From positions 1,728,001-1,792,000 of the forward strand of contig CBDBCY010000004.1 in NCBI GenBank assembly GCA_965203555.1: DNA of 64,000 nucleotides, read 5' to 3'. Source of the stretch: Acidimicrobiia bacterium (GTDB lineage: Bacteria > Actinomycetota > Acidimicrobiia > Spongiisociales > ZC4RG35). The notes beneath the pieces are model-generated. The model was not told the DNA's origin. It did not search any database and was given only the letters and a program-made list of their open reading frames with translations. The position numbers were made by a program, and so were the translations under genes. Below are positions 38,067 through 48,688 of this stretch, piece after piece. Numbering within the stretch: position 1 is the stretch's first letter; every line of letters begins with the position of its first letter.

Positions 38067-39040
38067 ATGAAATTCGGGCTCCTTCTCAGCTTCCAGTACC
38101 AGCGCACCGAGCCGCTGGCCGCCCGCCTGGAGGAGATCGTGGAACTGGTCGCCGCCGCCGAACTGGGATTCGACTCGGTGTTCGCAGTGCATCACTACCT
38201 GGGCAACCTGGTGGTCCCCCAGCCCCTGACCTTGCTGGCCCGTCTCATTCCGGCTTCGGGAAACATGGATCTGGGCACCGGGATCTTCATCGGCTCCCTG
38301 GTCCATCCCGTCCACATCGCGGAGGAGGTGGCCACCTTGGACCAACTCTCGGACGGACGGGTCATTCTGGGGGTGGGCGCCGGCTACCGCAACCACGAGT
38401 TCCACAGCTTCGGAGTGAATCCCCGGACCGCGGGACGCCGGTTGGTCGAGTCTGTCGAAGTGATTCGCGCGCTGTGTCGGGACGGCGGGTCTCCCACCGG
38501 GGGAGGTTCTTCCGATTGGAGGACCAGACCATCGGCGTTCCCCCCGTCCAACCCGGCGGGCCTCCCATCTGGGTGGGCGCCGGGGTTCCCCAGACCATTC
38601 TGCGGGCCGCCCGCATCGGCGACGTCTGGCTACCCGCTCCCAATGCCAAACCGCGCTATGCCATCGGCAATCTGGAGAACTTCCGCCGCGAAGCGGCCGC
38701 CCACGGACGCCTGGAACAGATCAGAAGCTACCCGATCGTCCGTGAGACCTACGTTTCCACCAGCCGGGCCCGAGCCGAAACGCAGGCGGGAGGTTACATC
38801 AGGGACGAGTACCTGGACTACTCCCGTTACCTGGATTTCTTCGGCGCCATGTTCGACGACCTGCGGCAAAAGGCCTTCCTGTGGGGTTCCCCCGACGACG
38901 TGGCGTCGGGGATCGACCGGTTGGCGGCGGCCGGCTTCGATCATTTCATCTTCCGGATGTCCTGGCTGGGCATGCCCTTTTCCCTCACCATGAACAGTCT
39001 GGAGATGATGGCCGCGGAAGTCCTTCCCCGGTACCGCTAG
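38067..39040 (+). CDS. LLM-class oxidoreductase, paralog of 35305-36291, frameshifted near 38476
   Basis: the 38067 frame gives the N-half and the 38021 frame the C-half; one missing G restores LWSG, matching LWSA in the paralog. Confidence 0.85.
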
Positions 39041-39046
39041 TCCGTC

Positions 39047-39568
39047 ATGCCCCTGGGACCGGTTCACCACGTCACGATTTCGGTCGCCGACCTGGCCCGG
39101 TCCGTCGCCTTCTACCGGGACATCCTGGGATTTCGCCTCACGATGGAGGTGACGGTGTGCGATCCGGAACACGATCTCTATCTCCGCCTTCCCCGGGGAA
39201 CCACCGCCCGGGTCGCCATCCTCCAGGCCGGGTCGACCACCATCGGCGAGGTGGAGTTGATCCAGTGGTCGTTCCCCGCACATCCCCCGTTGGTCACTCC
39301 TCCCAAGCGCCCTGGCGATCCCGGACCGTTCCTGCTGGCCTTCGAGGTGACCGGCGAAGAACTGGAGACGACCTGCGAGCGCATGACGCGGCAGGGGGTG
39401 AAGTTCTGGTCGGAACCCATCACCTCTCACATCAACGGCTACGGAGACATCAGGGCGGTGGTGTGCGAAGACCCCGACGGCACCATGATCGAATTGCTGA
39501 CCCTTCCCTCCCGAGAGGAGATCAGACAAACCCGCGCCGCCCGCACCATCCTGCGGCGGGACCCCTGA
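39047..39568 (+). CDS. VOC/glyoxalase family protein
   Basis: HHVTISVADLARSVAFYRDILG, VELIQ, EDPDGTMIEL. Confidence 0.92.
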   Translation: MPLGPVHHVTISVADLARSVAFYRDILGFRLTMEVTVCDPEHDLYLRLPRGTTARVAILQAGSTTIGEVELIQWSFPAHPPLVTPPKRPGDPGPFLLAFEVTGEELETTCERMTRQGVKFWSEPITSHINGYGDIRAVVCEDPDGTMIELLTLPSREEIRQTRAARTILRRDP

Positions 39569-40065
39569 CCAGCGCGGCCCGAACCAGCCGGACCCGGCCC
39601 GATCTCAGCATCCCCCGACGCCTGCCCCCTTCCCCCGAAAAGTCGCGAAAACTCTCGATCCTCGGGCCCCACCCCCGCCACCACCTTTCCGTCGGCCAAG
39701 ACCAACTCGGCCCAGCCCCGCGCCGTCCGGCCGGGGTGGGCTGTCTGATCCCTCGATGCGGTCCGCTCGACGCCGGGAACGGACCGTCTCGGTGTTTGAC
39801 TGCCAACAGTATGAGCCCACCCCTGCGACAGATTCAAGCTCCCGACCCCCGAAGTTTTCACAGTCCGGCACCTGCCATCATGCAGCCCTCGGGTGCCGGA
39901 CGGCCCCCGGAATGCAGCGAGTCCCTTGCGGATCTTTTCTTTTCTGAACTCCGATCCTTGGTTTTGCCGGGGAACCGCAAGACATGAGTTGCTTGCAGTA
40001 CCGATTCGAATATGTCACCGTCAGGCCAACATACCGACCGATAGGGATCCTCGACCAGGGGACAC

Positions 40066-40917
40066 CTATTCCAGTAGGACCCTGGCCAGATCGTCGGCCA
40101 CCACCACTTCTCCACCGTACCCCCCACGACGGATATCGTCCGCAAAGCCCTGCCGATCCTCTTCGGTCACGGGCTCGGGGATCAGGTGGGTGAGCACCAG
40201 GGTCGGGATCCCCAGCGCCTGCGCCTGGGCGCCGATCAGCACCGTGTCGGCGTGATAGTCCAGCACGAAGTGAAGATGATCGGGTCGGGCTCGGATCAGT
40301 TCGAAGCGCATGGCCTCGTAAACCAACACATCGGCGCCCTCGGCCAGAACGGCCATCTCCGGGCAGACCAGAGTGTCTCCACTTATGGCAACAACGCCGT
40401 CGGGGGTCTCGATCCGATACCCCACCGCCGGGAATACAGGCTCATGGCGCACCGGCCCGGCTATTACCCGGACCGGTCCCTCCGACCATACTGCCGACAA
40501 AGATCCGTCGACATCAAATGGCTTCACCTCATTGCCGGGATGCGTTCCTCTCTCGGTGTGAGCACTCCGCACCGCCAAATCATGCTCCCAATGGTCAAGC
40601 ATCCGTTCCAAGAAATCCGTGGCCGACCCCGCCGGGGCATAGATCGGAAGCGGCGGACCCTCGTCGAGCCGATCCATGATCCACCGGGACATCACCAGAT
40701 CCTCCAACCCGCTGACGTGATCACTGTGGTGATGCGTGACGAACACCGCATCCAGGTCCACCGGCGATAGACGAAGAGCCGCCAGCCGCAGAGTGGTAGC
40801 CCGTCCCGCGTCGAACTGCAACGCCAGGCCGCCCGACTGCACCAACACCCCCGGCCCAGCCCGTTCAGGCGACGGCACCGGCATCCCGGTCCCGGTGATC
40901 GTCACCGATGTAGCCAC
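40066..40917 (-). CDS. RNase Z/arylsulfatase-like MBL-fold hydrolase
   Basis: TGTGMP.P...RAG, FDAG, THHHSDH, ISGDT, DYH, LTHLIP; GTG start at 40917. Confidence 0.88.
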   Translation of the reverse strand: MATSVTITGTGMPVPSPERAGPGVLVQSGGLALQFDAGRATTLRLAALRLSPVDLDAVFVTHHHSDHVSGLEDLVMSRWIMDRLDEGPPLPIYAPAGSATDFLERMLDHWEHDLAVRSAHTERGTHPGNEVKPFDVDGSLSAVWSEGPVRVIAGPVRHEPVFPAVGYRIETPDGVVAISGDTLVCPEMAVLAEGADVLVYEAMRFELIRARPDHLHFVLDYHADTVLIGAQAQALGIPTLVLTHLIPEPVTEEDRQGFADDIRRGGYGGEVVVADDLARVLLE

Positions 40918-41043
40918 GATGCCAAACCCTACAGCCTGCAGGAATGTGTCGCGTTCGAACACCATCAACATGACAACAGGGTGAGTGTCACATGGGCATG
41001 TTTGAATTCCCAGTAGAGGAATTGCGGCAGAAACGGAGTGAAC

Positions 41044-42114
41044 ATGCCAGACGAACCATCGGACCATGGGGGCGAGACCAGCGACGGTACCGAGAGCTCC
41101 GAAGGCGGCAACCTGAGCCTGTTCGGCATGGCTCTCTGGGGACCGGACGGGCCACCCGAACGGGTCTTCGGTAGGCATGATTGGGGGGTGTGCTCAGATG
41201 ATGACGGGCACCCTGACAAATGCTGGGGACATACCTCGCCCGTCAGAGAACCCGTCGCGATTCCGCCTCCGGAGATGGTCCTCTCACGAGAAGAGATGCG
41301 GGAGATCGCATTGGGTTACCGGCCCATCGACATGAACGACAAGTGGCTGGCGTTCATGGAAGACGACCGCCTGTTCCTTCACCGGAGTTGGACCGGTTAC
41401 GGCATTTATGAGGTGAGATTCGCGGCCAAAGGGCTCAGTTGGACCACCGAGACCGGCTTCATGCCCACCTCGGCAAGAGTTGAGAGCGATCCCCGCCGCT
41501 ACAACCCGGACGACTTTGATCCGATCTGGGAGCGTGACTTCCTGAGAGACCTGATCGTGCACGTCTCCGGAGAGCCGATGCCAATCTCGCTACCAATAGT
41601 CCTGCATGGCGGACCTACAATCGAAGCCGTGCTCGGCGACATCACTGCCGAAGACGTCGACGCCATCGTCAACGCCGCCAACACGAGGCTGGTCGACGGG
41701 ACCGGCGTAAACGGAGCCATTCACGATGCGGCGGGCCCGGAACTGCTCGCTCATTGCAAGACGCTGAAGGGTTGCCCCGTCGGACGCGCCAAGATCACTC
41801 CGGGCTTCCGGCTGGATGCTCGATGGGTCATCCACACCGTCGGGCCACAGTGGCGGGGCGGAACCCAGGGCGAACCGGTGCTGCTCGAGTCGTGCTACCG
41901 CGAGTCCCTCGCCCGCGCCGACGAGGTGGGTGCCAATAGTGTGGCCTTCCCGGCGCTCGCCACCGGCGCTCACGGCTATCCGCTCAAAGCGGCCGCCAGA
42001 ATCGCCGTCGACACCGTTCGCTCGATCTCAACCGAAGTCCAATTGATCCGCTTCGTCTGTTTCGACAGACCGACCCTCAGAGCCTTCCAATCCGCGATTG
42101 ACCACGACAGTTAG
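41044..42114 (+). CDS. uncharacterised HRSWTG domain fused to a YmdB/MacroD-type macrodomain
   Basis: GDIT..DVDAIVNAAN..L..GTGVNGAIH.AAG, VIHTVGP, VAFPALATG; upstream MNDKW..FMEDDRLFLHRSWTG. Confidence 0.88.
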   Translation: MPDEPSDHGGETSDGTESSEGGNLSLFGMALWGPDGPPERVFGRHDWGVCSDDDGHPDKCWGHTSPVREPVAIPPPEMVLSREEMREIALGYRPIDMNDKWLAFMEDDRLFLHRSWTGYGIYEVRFAAKGLSWTTETGFMPTSARVESDPRRYNPDDFDPIWERDFLRDLIVHVSGEPMPISLPIVLHGGPTIEAVLGDITAEDVDAIVNAANTRLVDGTGVNGAIHDAAGPELLAHCKTLKGCPVGRAKITPGFRLDARWVIHTVGPQWRGGTQGEPVLLESCYRESLARADEVGANSVAFPALATGAHGYPLKAAARIAVDTVRSISTEVQLIRFVCFDRPTLRAFQSAIDHDS

Positions 42115-42268
42115 GTCAACGAGGGTGTGCCCGGAGTCTCGCACTCCTCATGACTGATCGCCAGTCTCTGTCGGCACATCTCTCGTCGGACGGAAGGGCC
42201 AGGAGGGGTCACCGGCGTTGCCGGAGTTAGGATAATGTTCGCCTTCGCACACTATCAACAGGACGAAA

Positions 42269-44651
42269 ATGGGCAGCAGCAACGCAGATGCGGACTCAAC
42301 AGCCTACGCGGCAGCAGCGCAATGGGTAGATCGCGCACTGAGGAACAACGACTCGCTCTTCACACCCGGCAAACCGATCTGGTCAAGCCGGTGGCTGCGA
42401 GAACTTCGAGACCGGTACTTGGACCAACCGGATGAGTCCAACGAGAACTTTTACACAAAACTGAAGCGACAGTTATCAGGCAGCCCAGCAGAGGTCTACC
42501 AGTTGATGGCCGAAATGCTGTATGTTCACTTTCTGATCGTCTGGCATGCCTCGATGGGCGCTGCCAAGAAGGAAAGCCAGATACGCCAAGTGCTCGGATG
42601 GTCGAATCGGCAGATAGCTATTCCCCAGAACCTCGTCGCCGCTTTGACTACCGGTATAGCCCGCCCTGGCAGAGCATTTTTCCAGCTCCGACCGTATCAG
42701 GTGGGTTTTCTGATCGAGTTTGCGGAGCGATGGAAGCAAAAGACAACCCAGCGGCAAGCCCAATTGCTCACCGACCCCTGGGCATTCAAAGCGTTGGCAC
42801 ATTTCGAGCCCACCGGCAAGCTGTACGACGGTAAAGGTGTTGGGAACTATCGCATCCAGCGCACCGCTCTTCTCCATCTTGTCTTTCCGCGAACCTTCGA
42901 GAAGATCCTTTCCGTAACGCAGAAAGACAACATCACCAAGACCTTTGCGAAGATGGTCACCGAACCTGACCGGGATGTCGACCGGCAACTGGTGCAGATT
43001 CGCCGAGGCCTGAAATCCCAACTAGGGAGAGACTTCGACTTCTATGCCGACGAAATCCGTGCGAAGTGGGATCCGCATTTCAAAAGCAAATGGGACGAGT
43101 TCGTTCGCCAGGCACAGGCGTTTGTCGAAATAGGACAACTGGACAGCGAAGAGAACGACTACAAGAAAGAGATCGGGAAAAAACTCGCCGCCGCGCGAGG
43201 CGCCGTGCTCGCTGAGGCCGACGACTGGGCTGAACTGGTTAAGGGCGGAATGACCGGCAACCTTGTCTTTTCGATAACGCTCGCCAAGCTCCGTGACTGG
43301 GTAAACCAATCTCCCGATGAGGCTCTCCGGGCCTTGCAGGTTCTGTGGAAACCGGATCACTCATCGATCTCGGAACGAATCCGGGCGTTCGCCGGGCTTT
43401 TCCCGAAATCGGCGATAGACAGCGGAGGAGCAGGAACTCGCATGAACGTGACGTCTCTATTCCTCATGGGACTGGATGTCGAGAGGTACCCACCCTTCAG
43501 GATCACTCTATTCGACAAGGCCTACGACCAGACGGGTTTCCATAAACCAGCCAAGGATGCGGACGAGGCATCTTTGTATGGGCACGCCCTCTCCTTTCTC
43601 GATCTATTCATCGAGGAATCGGCGCGACGGGGCCTTACGCTACGGCACCGTCTCGATGGGCAATCTGCGATATGGGCAATCTTGCAGAACGGCACCGGGA
43701 GTCGCAAGGAAGAGACTGTCACCGCCCCACTGCCGGATCCGCTCCGGGAACTGGCTGATGAGACGCTACTCACCTGTGAATTCCTCAAGGACATCAAGAC
43801 ACTGATCCAAGAGAAGAGGCAGGTCATCTTTCAGGGACCGCCGGGGACCGGAAAGACCTACGTTGCCCAGAAGCTTGCTGCATGCCTGGCGGGGTCAGAA
43901 GAGCGGGTCACGCTGGTTCAGTTCCATCCGTCCTACGCCTACGAGGACTTTGTGCAGGGTTTCCGTCCCACGCTCACCGGCGGCGGACAGCCCGGATTCA
44001 AGCTCACCGAGGGACCGCTCCTGACCGCGGCGAAAGGTGCCCGAGAAGAGGAGGATGGAGATCACTTCCTGGTCATAGACGAGATCAACCGGGGTAACCT
44101 CGCCAAGGTTCTCGGAGAGTTGTACTTCCTGCTTGAATATCGTGATCGGAAGATGCGGCTTCAGTACCAGGCCGAAGATGACGAGGACTTCTCGCTGCCC
44201 GAGAATCTGTACATCATCGGGACCATGAACACCGCCGACCGTTCCATCGCTCTGGTGGACCTTTGCCCTGCGCCGCCGGTTCCACTTTGTGGAGTTTCAT
44301 CCCGACCATGAACCGATCAAAGGCCTGCTCCGCCGGTGGCTGGGTAGGAACGCGCCGGGCATGGAGTGGGTGGCGGATGTCGTGGAACAGGCCAACCTGA
44401 AGCTGGCAGACCGGCACGTCGCCATTGGCCCGAGTTACTTCATGGTGAAGAACAGCGTTCTCGACCAGGCCACGGTCGAGCGCATTTGGAAACACAACGT
44501 TCTGCCCTACATCGAAGAGCACCTGTTCGGGAATCCAGACGGGTTGGACGAATGGAATCTCGACGCCCTGATGAAGCAGGTGAAAGCCTCGGGTCATGGG
44601 AGCGCCACCGCAGAGGAAAGTGCTGACAAAGCAACCGATGCGTCGGATTGA
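42269..44651 (+). CDS. mcrB: McrB-family AAA+ GTPase, frameshifted at 44262-44264
   Basis: GPPGTGKT, VQFHPSYAYEDFV, IDEINRG, GTMNTADRS; removing one T gives ALVDLALRRRF and joins the 44289-44651 frame. Confidence 0.92.
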
Positions 44652-45858
44652 CCTGAGGGAGTACCGCCGGAGCGAAGTCTCCCACACCCTTTCCGTCTAC
44701 GAGCGCCACGAGTTGCGGGAAAGGTTGTCGGTCACCATCGACCCTTCCGATCAGGATGCTTCTTACCACCTGACACCCGGCTCTACGGTGGGTGCGGTGG
44801 AGATCGGTGATCTCTCGGTGCTCATCGAGCCCAAGGTCGGGATTCCCCGACTGCTTTCGCTGGCCTGCTACGCCATGGGCGAGTTCAAGCCTCAGAACCT
44901 GGACTTCGACTTCGGAGAGGACGAGGCCCTGCCGGACGTCCTGACGCTTTCCCTGGCGGCCGCATCCCGCCGGGCGTTCCGGAGGGGCTTGCTTCATGGA
45001 TACCGCACCGAGGAGGAGAGGCTCTACGGAATCCGGGGGCGAATCAGGTTCGACGATCAGCTCCGCCGCAGGTTCGGAGTAGCCATACCGGTGGAAGTGC
45101 GTTACGACGACTTCACCGACGACATCCTCGCCAACCGGCTGGTGAAGGCGGCGGTGGCGCGACTCAGCCGGATGCGCCTGCGTTCAAGGGAGGCGCGCCG
45201 TCAACTCGGCTGGGTGGCGGGAATGCTGAGCCGGATTTCTCTGATCGAGTTTTCGCCCGGCAAGACGCCCGAGATCGGTTTCGACCGGTTGAACAAGCAC
45301 TACCGGGGAGTAGTGGCGTTGGCTCGGCTCATCCTACGGCACAGCGAATACCAGTCGACCCGTGGCGACATACGCGCCCGCGGGTTCTTGGTGGATATGA
45401 ACAAGCTCTTTCAGGAGTTCCTCACCCGAGCGCTCCGTGAGACATTGAGAATCTCTCCGCGCATCTTTCGTTCGGACCGCGGCCTGCCCGCCGTCACTCT
45501 GGACGAGGCGGGCCAAGTAAAGCTGCAACCCGATCTCTCATGGTGGGAGAGCGGAGAGTGCACATTCGTGGGCGACGCCAAATACAAGCGAGTCTCTGAT
45601 GAGCGAGTGTCCAACGCCGACCTGTACCAGTTGCTGGCGTACGCCACCGCCCTCGATTTGCCGGGAGGGATGCTGATTTACGCCAAAGGCGAGGCCGACC
45701 CGATCATCCACCAGGTCCGGCATTCCGGCAAACGGCTGGAGGTGGCCGCACTTGACCTGTCCCGCTCATTTGACGATATCCTCAACCAGGTGGAAGACTT
45801 GGCGGACCGGGTAAAACGGTTGCGCAACGCTGCCGGACGCCTCAGCAAGGCCACGTGA
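44638..45858 (+). CDS. mcrC: McrC-family nuclease subunit
   Basis: IEPKV, IRGRI, DMNKLFQEF, LQPDL...VGDAKYK...ADLYQLLAYA; overlaps the mcrB end. Confidence 0.93.
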   Translation: MRRIDLREYRRSEVSHTLSVYERHELRERLSVTIDPSDQDASYHLTPGSTVGAVEIGDLSVLIEPKVGIPRLLSLACYAMGEFKPQNLDFDFGEDEALPDVLTLSLAAASRRAFRRGLLHGYRTEEERLYGIRGRIRFDDQLRRRFGVAIPVEVRYDDFTDDILANRLVKAAVARLSRMRLRSREARRQLGWVAGMLSRISLIEFSPGKTPEIGFDRLNKHYRGVVALARLILRHSEYQSTRGDIRARGFLVDMNKLFQEFLTRALRETLRISPRIFRSDRGLPAVTLDEAGQVKLQPDLSWWESGECTFVGDAKYKRVSDERVSNADLYQLLAYATALDLPGGMLIYAKGEADPIIHQVRHSGKRLEVAALDLSRSFDDILNQVEDLADRVKRLRNAAGRLSKAT

Positions 45859-45874
45859 GATACTGACCAGCCTC

Positions 45875-47056
45875 CTAATTCACCTCCGCCACTGCTGGAG
45901 GGAAGGCCCTGATGATCTTGTCGTTCACCCTCCATCCTTTGGGACTCTTTGTTACTAATCCAACACTGCGGAGCCTGTTGAGATCACGGCTCAAGGTCCT
46001 GGGTCCCCTACTTGCGTACAGACGTGCGAGTTTCGAGCTTAGCTCGGGCAATTCTCTGTTGGGGGTGTCGATGCCGGAAGGCATGGCGAGCACGAGTGTT
46101 CTCTGGCGGTCTCTCGCTGGACTCGAAGGGAACTGCCTCATCGTCTCATGGACGAAGTTGATCCAGGTCACGCTGAAGTGCTGTTGCAGCACCAACTCGA
46201 TATGATCTCGAATACCGTCCACCAGACCCTGGATGGCGTAGGCCAGGAATCCGGCGGTCTCGCCGGTCCGGCTGGCTTTGGCCAGTTGGCGGTAGTACCG
46301 GTCTCGTGTCAGGTTGTAGTGATTCGACAATAGGTGGGCGGCGGGGAGAGGGACCATCCCGCACCTTGCGAGGATCAAGAATTCCAGTAGCCTTGCCGTC
46401 CGCCCGTTTCCGTCGCCGAAGGGATGTATCCAAGCGAGGTAGAGATGAGCATAGATCGCACAGGCCACGGCCAAGGCGAACCGTATCTCGGTGTCCTCCG
46501 ACCGGAAGGTGTCGCTCTCCAGCCATTCGGCCAGCCGATCAACCAGGTACCGGCAGTCTTGGACCGGAGCACCCTGATAGGCCAGAACGCCGGCCGGGTA
46601 GTCACGTATCTGTCCGGGTACTACGTACGATTCGTATTCGGTTCCCTCCAAGACTTGGCGGTTGAACTCACAAATCAAGTCCCCTGTGATAACAGGTGAC
46701 TCACCCTGCATCGCATCCTCAGCGATGGCTTGCAGCGCTTCAAGGACATTCTTTACTTCCCTCTCCTGATAGGCGCGGGAGGGAGGTGCGCTGAAGGTCC
46801 CGCGGAGGATGCCGGCTACCTGGTCCTCGGTGAGAGTGTTTCCCTCAATAGCCGTCGTTGCCTGTGCGCCTTTGATCAGAGCGACTTCATAGAAGCGACG
46901 GGCTGCTTCAGGTCGTAACGGAGTCCCGGCAAGATATTCGCACATGGACCGCGCCTCGCCCAACAGCATCCAGATCCTGGGGCCGAGCGAGTTGATATCG
47001 GTGGCCATGAAGGTGATCCATGGATGGGATTTCAGATAGGAGCACACAGGCATCAC
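45875..47056 (-). CDS. Fic family protein
   Basis: HPFGDGNGRTAR active-site motif and N-terminal TTAIEGN inhibitory motif. Confidence 0.93.
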   Translation of the reverse strand: MMPVCSYLKSHPWITFMATDINSLGPRIWMLLGEARSMCEYLAGTPLRPEAARRFYEVALIKGAQATTAIEGNTLTEDQVAGILRGTFSAPPSRAYQEREVKNVLEALQAIAEDAMQGESPVITGDLICEFNRQVLEGTEYESYVVPGQIRDYPAGVLAYQGAPVQDCRYLVDRLAEWLESDTFRSEDTEIRFALAVACAIYAHLYLAWIHPFGDGNGRTARLLEFLILARCGMVPLPAAHLLSNHYNLTRDRYYRQLAKASRTGETAGFLAYAIQGLVDGIRDHIELVLQQHFSVTWINFVHETMRQFPSSPARDRQRTLVLAMPSGIDTPNRELPELSSKLARLYASRGPRTLSRDLNRLRSVGLVTKSPKGWRVNDKIIRAFPPAVAEVN

Positions 47057-47297
47057 TTTACTATCGATATAGGATTTTGACCATGCCAGTGTCCATTATG
47101 TTGTCCACCGACGTCGACGGTCGAGATATTGCGGATTCCGCCTCATGCATCTGGCTTTTTCCCGGCGAAGCCCCAATCTGTGCCACAACCACCGCGATCG
47201 TCTTAGGGTTGGTTCCATGGAGAGAGCGCACATCGGAGGACGGCCTGCCGAACAGAAGGTGTCCCGGAAGGCTCGGGATGAGCGGATGGGGTGGGAG

Positions 47298-47549
47298 ATG
47301 GCTGATCTGATCGACAAGGACGGCCCCTACGATCCCCACGACACGACCTTTGCAGTCGGGCACTACGTCGAGGACCGGTTGGTCTGGTTCGACTTCCTGA
47401 CGGCCACTGTTGACGACATAATGAGAGAGTGCGCTATCCCTCCCCAAGAGCGGGAGCATGTGAAGAAACGCAACAAACTTTCTGCCCAGCGTTTCAAGGA
47501 GTTCTACCGAGGTACGCTGACCGGGCCCGTACCTCTGCTGGGCGAGTAA
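47298..47549 (+). CDS. small hypothetical protein
   Basis: GGGAG RBS before ATG; 83 aa with plausible composition; no recognised motif. Confidence 0.45.
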   Translation: MADLIDKDGPYDPHDTTFAVGHYVEDRLVWFDFLTATVDDIMRECAIPPQEREHVKKRNKLSAQRFKEFYRGTLTGPVPLLGE

Positions 47550-47639
47550 GTCATAACCTCCGTATCCGTACTGGCCCGCCCGCGACGTTGACCTGTATCT
47601 CCTGGGTAGCGTGTCCGCCACGGCACCCAAGATAAAGAT

Positions 47640-48036
47640 ACATCATGTATAGACAGTTCCTGTTACATCTGGGGGCGTTGCGCTAAGGAGGCCCGAGTTA
47701 AGGTAAAGGTGGAGAGCAAGGATCAGTTTCTTCTTCAACCCGGGCGGGATTGGCCGGAACCGTTTCGATTTGAAATCCGAGGGATTCCAGATGGCGGACT
47801 ACCGTGGCTTTGCCACCAGAAAACTCCTCTGAACGGAGGGGACCGAGATCCGGCTGATCATACTGATGAGCAACACCGACGATAGCCTTAGAGTCATAAC
47901 AACGACCTTCGTGCAAGAGAAAGTAGCGGCGGGCCTTCCCGTAGCCATACTTTTCAAGAAAGGCTTTCCTGCCCAGTCCGTCGAATTCTGCCAAAGACAG
48001 TGTTACGCCTCTACGTGTCACCTCATCGAAAGCCAC
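47640..48036 (-). pseudogene. decayed McrA-type HNH endonuclease (ScoMcrA-like head domain only)
   Basis: EFDGLGRKAFLEKYGYGKARRY..YDSKAIVGVAH..FSGG; after a frameshift it continues NP...EEELILALHLYL and then degenerates; no HNH domain. Confidence 0.7.
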
Positions 48037-48096
48037 ACCAGCACCTCCAATACCTGGGACTCACCAAGGTAGTCGACGCAGGTTCGCCTAAGGGGG

Positions 48097-48522
48097 TCAT
48101 GGGAGATTACGGGGGAGTGCTGGTTGCGAGGAGCTTCCAGTTCGGCTTTCCGGCGTAGAGAGTTGCCCCTGCCACACACCGGCCCGCTCTTCAATAGCCT
48201 GGGGGATGTCGAGGCCGTGATACACAACTGCGAAGTCGAGCAAGGTGGTGTGCCGCCGAACAGTGCGGCGCGGCTCACCTGCTCCGGAGGGGCCGTGAGA
48301 AGATCGCCGCGCCCGACGATCGGAGCGGCGATGTGAGCAATGCGGTTCTATGCCGCCGGGAACCACCACCATCCCAGCCGCGTCGATGACCTGGCATCCA
48401 TCACCCGACAAGACTCCCTGGGCGGTGATGGCCACGATCTTTTCTCCCCTCACCGCCACGTCCCATACTCCGACACCCGTGGGCGTCACGACTGTCCCAC
48501 CCCGAATGATCAGGTCCAGCAC
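48097..48522 (-). pseudogene. 5' remnant of a dihydropyrimidinase/hydantoinase
   Basis: MLDLIIRGGTVV..DVAVRGEKI..VIDAAG.VVVPGGIEPHC; SRAALFGGT in another frame; truncated. Confidence 0.75.
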
Positions 48523-48688
48523 TGCTGATCGAACCCCTAATGAGTGGTGAGAACTAAAGCAGCCGCTGAGGTGGCAGCACTGTTCTGGTCGTCGTGTGTC
48601 ATGATGCCAAGTTTAATTGCGGACCGGCACACCCCTCGAGAAGCGACGCAACGCCCTCCCAACCAGGGGGCTCCGGAGGTCCTGCCAT

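Noticed and set aside
39570-40065. 500-bp gap with a hairpin (TCCGGCAC...GTGCCGGA) as an ncRNA or DUF2442 remnant
   Set aside because: No recognisable RNA family features; the peptide similarity (SVCWPDG) is too short.
42120-42150. tRNA or attachment site at the island boundary
   Set aside because: Only a weak hairpin; no cloverleaf, T-loop motif or direct repeat found.
44255-44275. Programmed ribosomal frameshift in mcrB
   Set aside because: No slippery heptamer, and similar single-base indels elsewhere point to sequence error or mutation.
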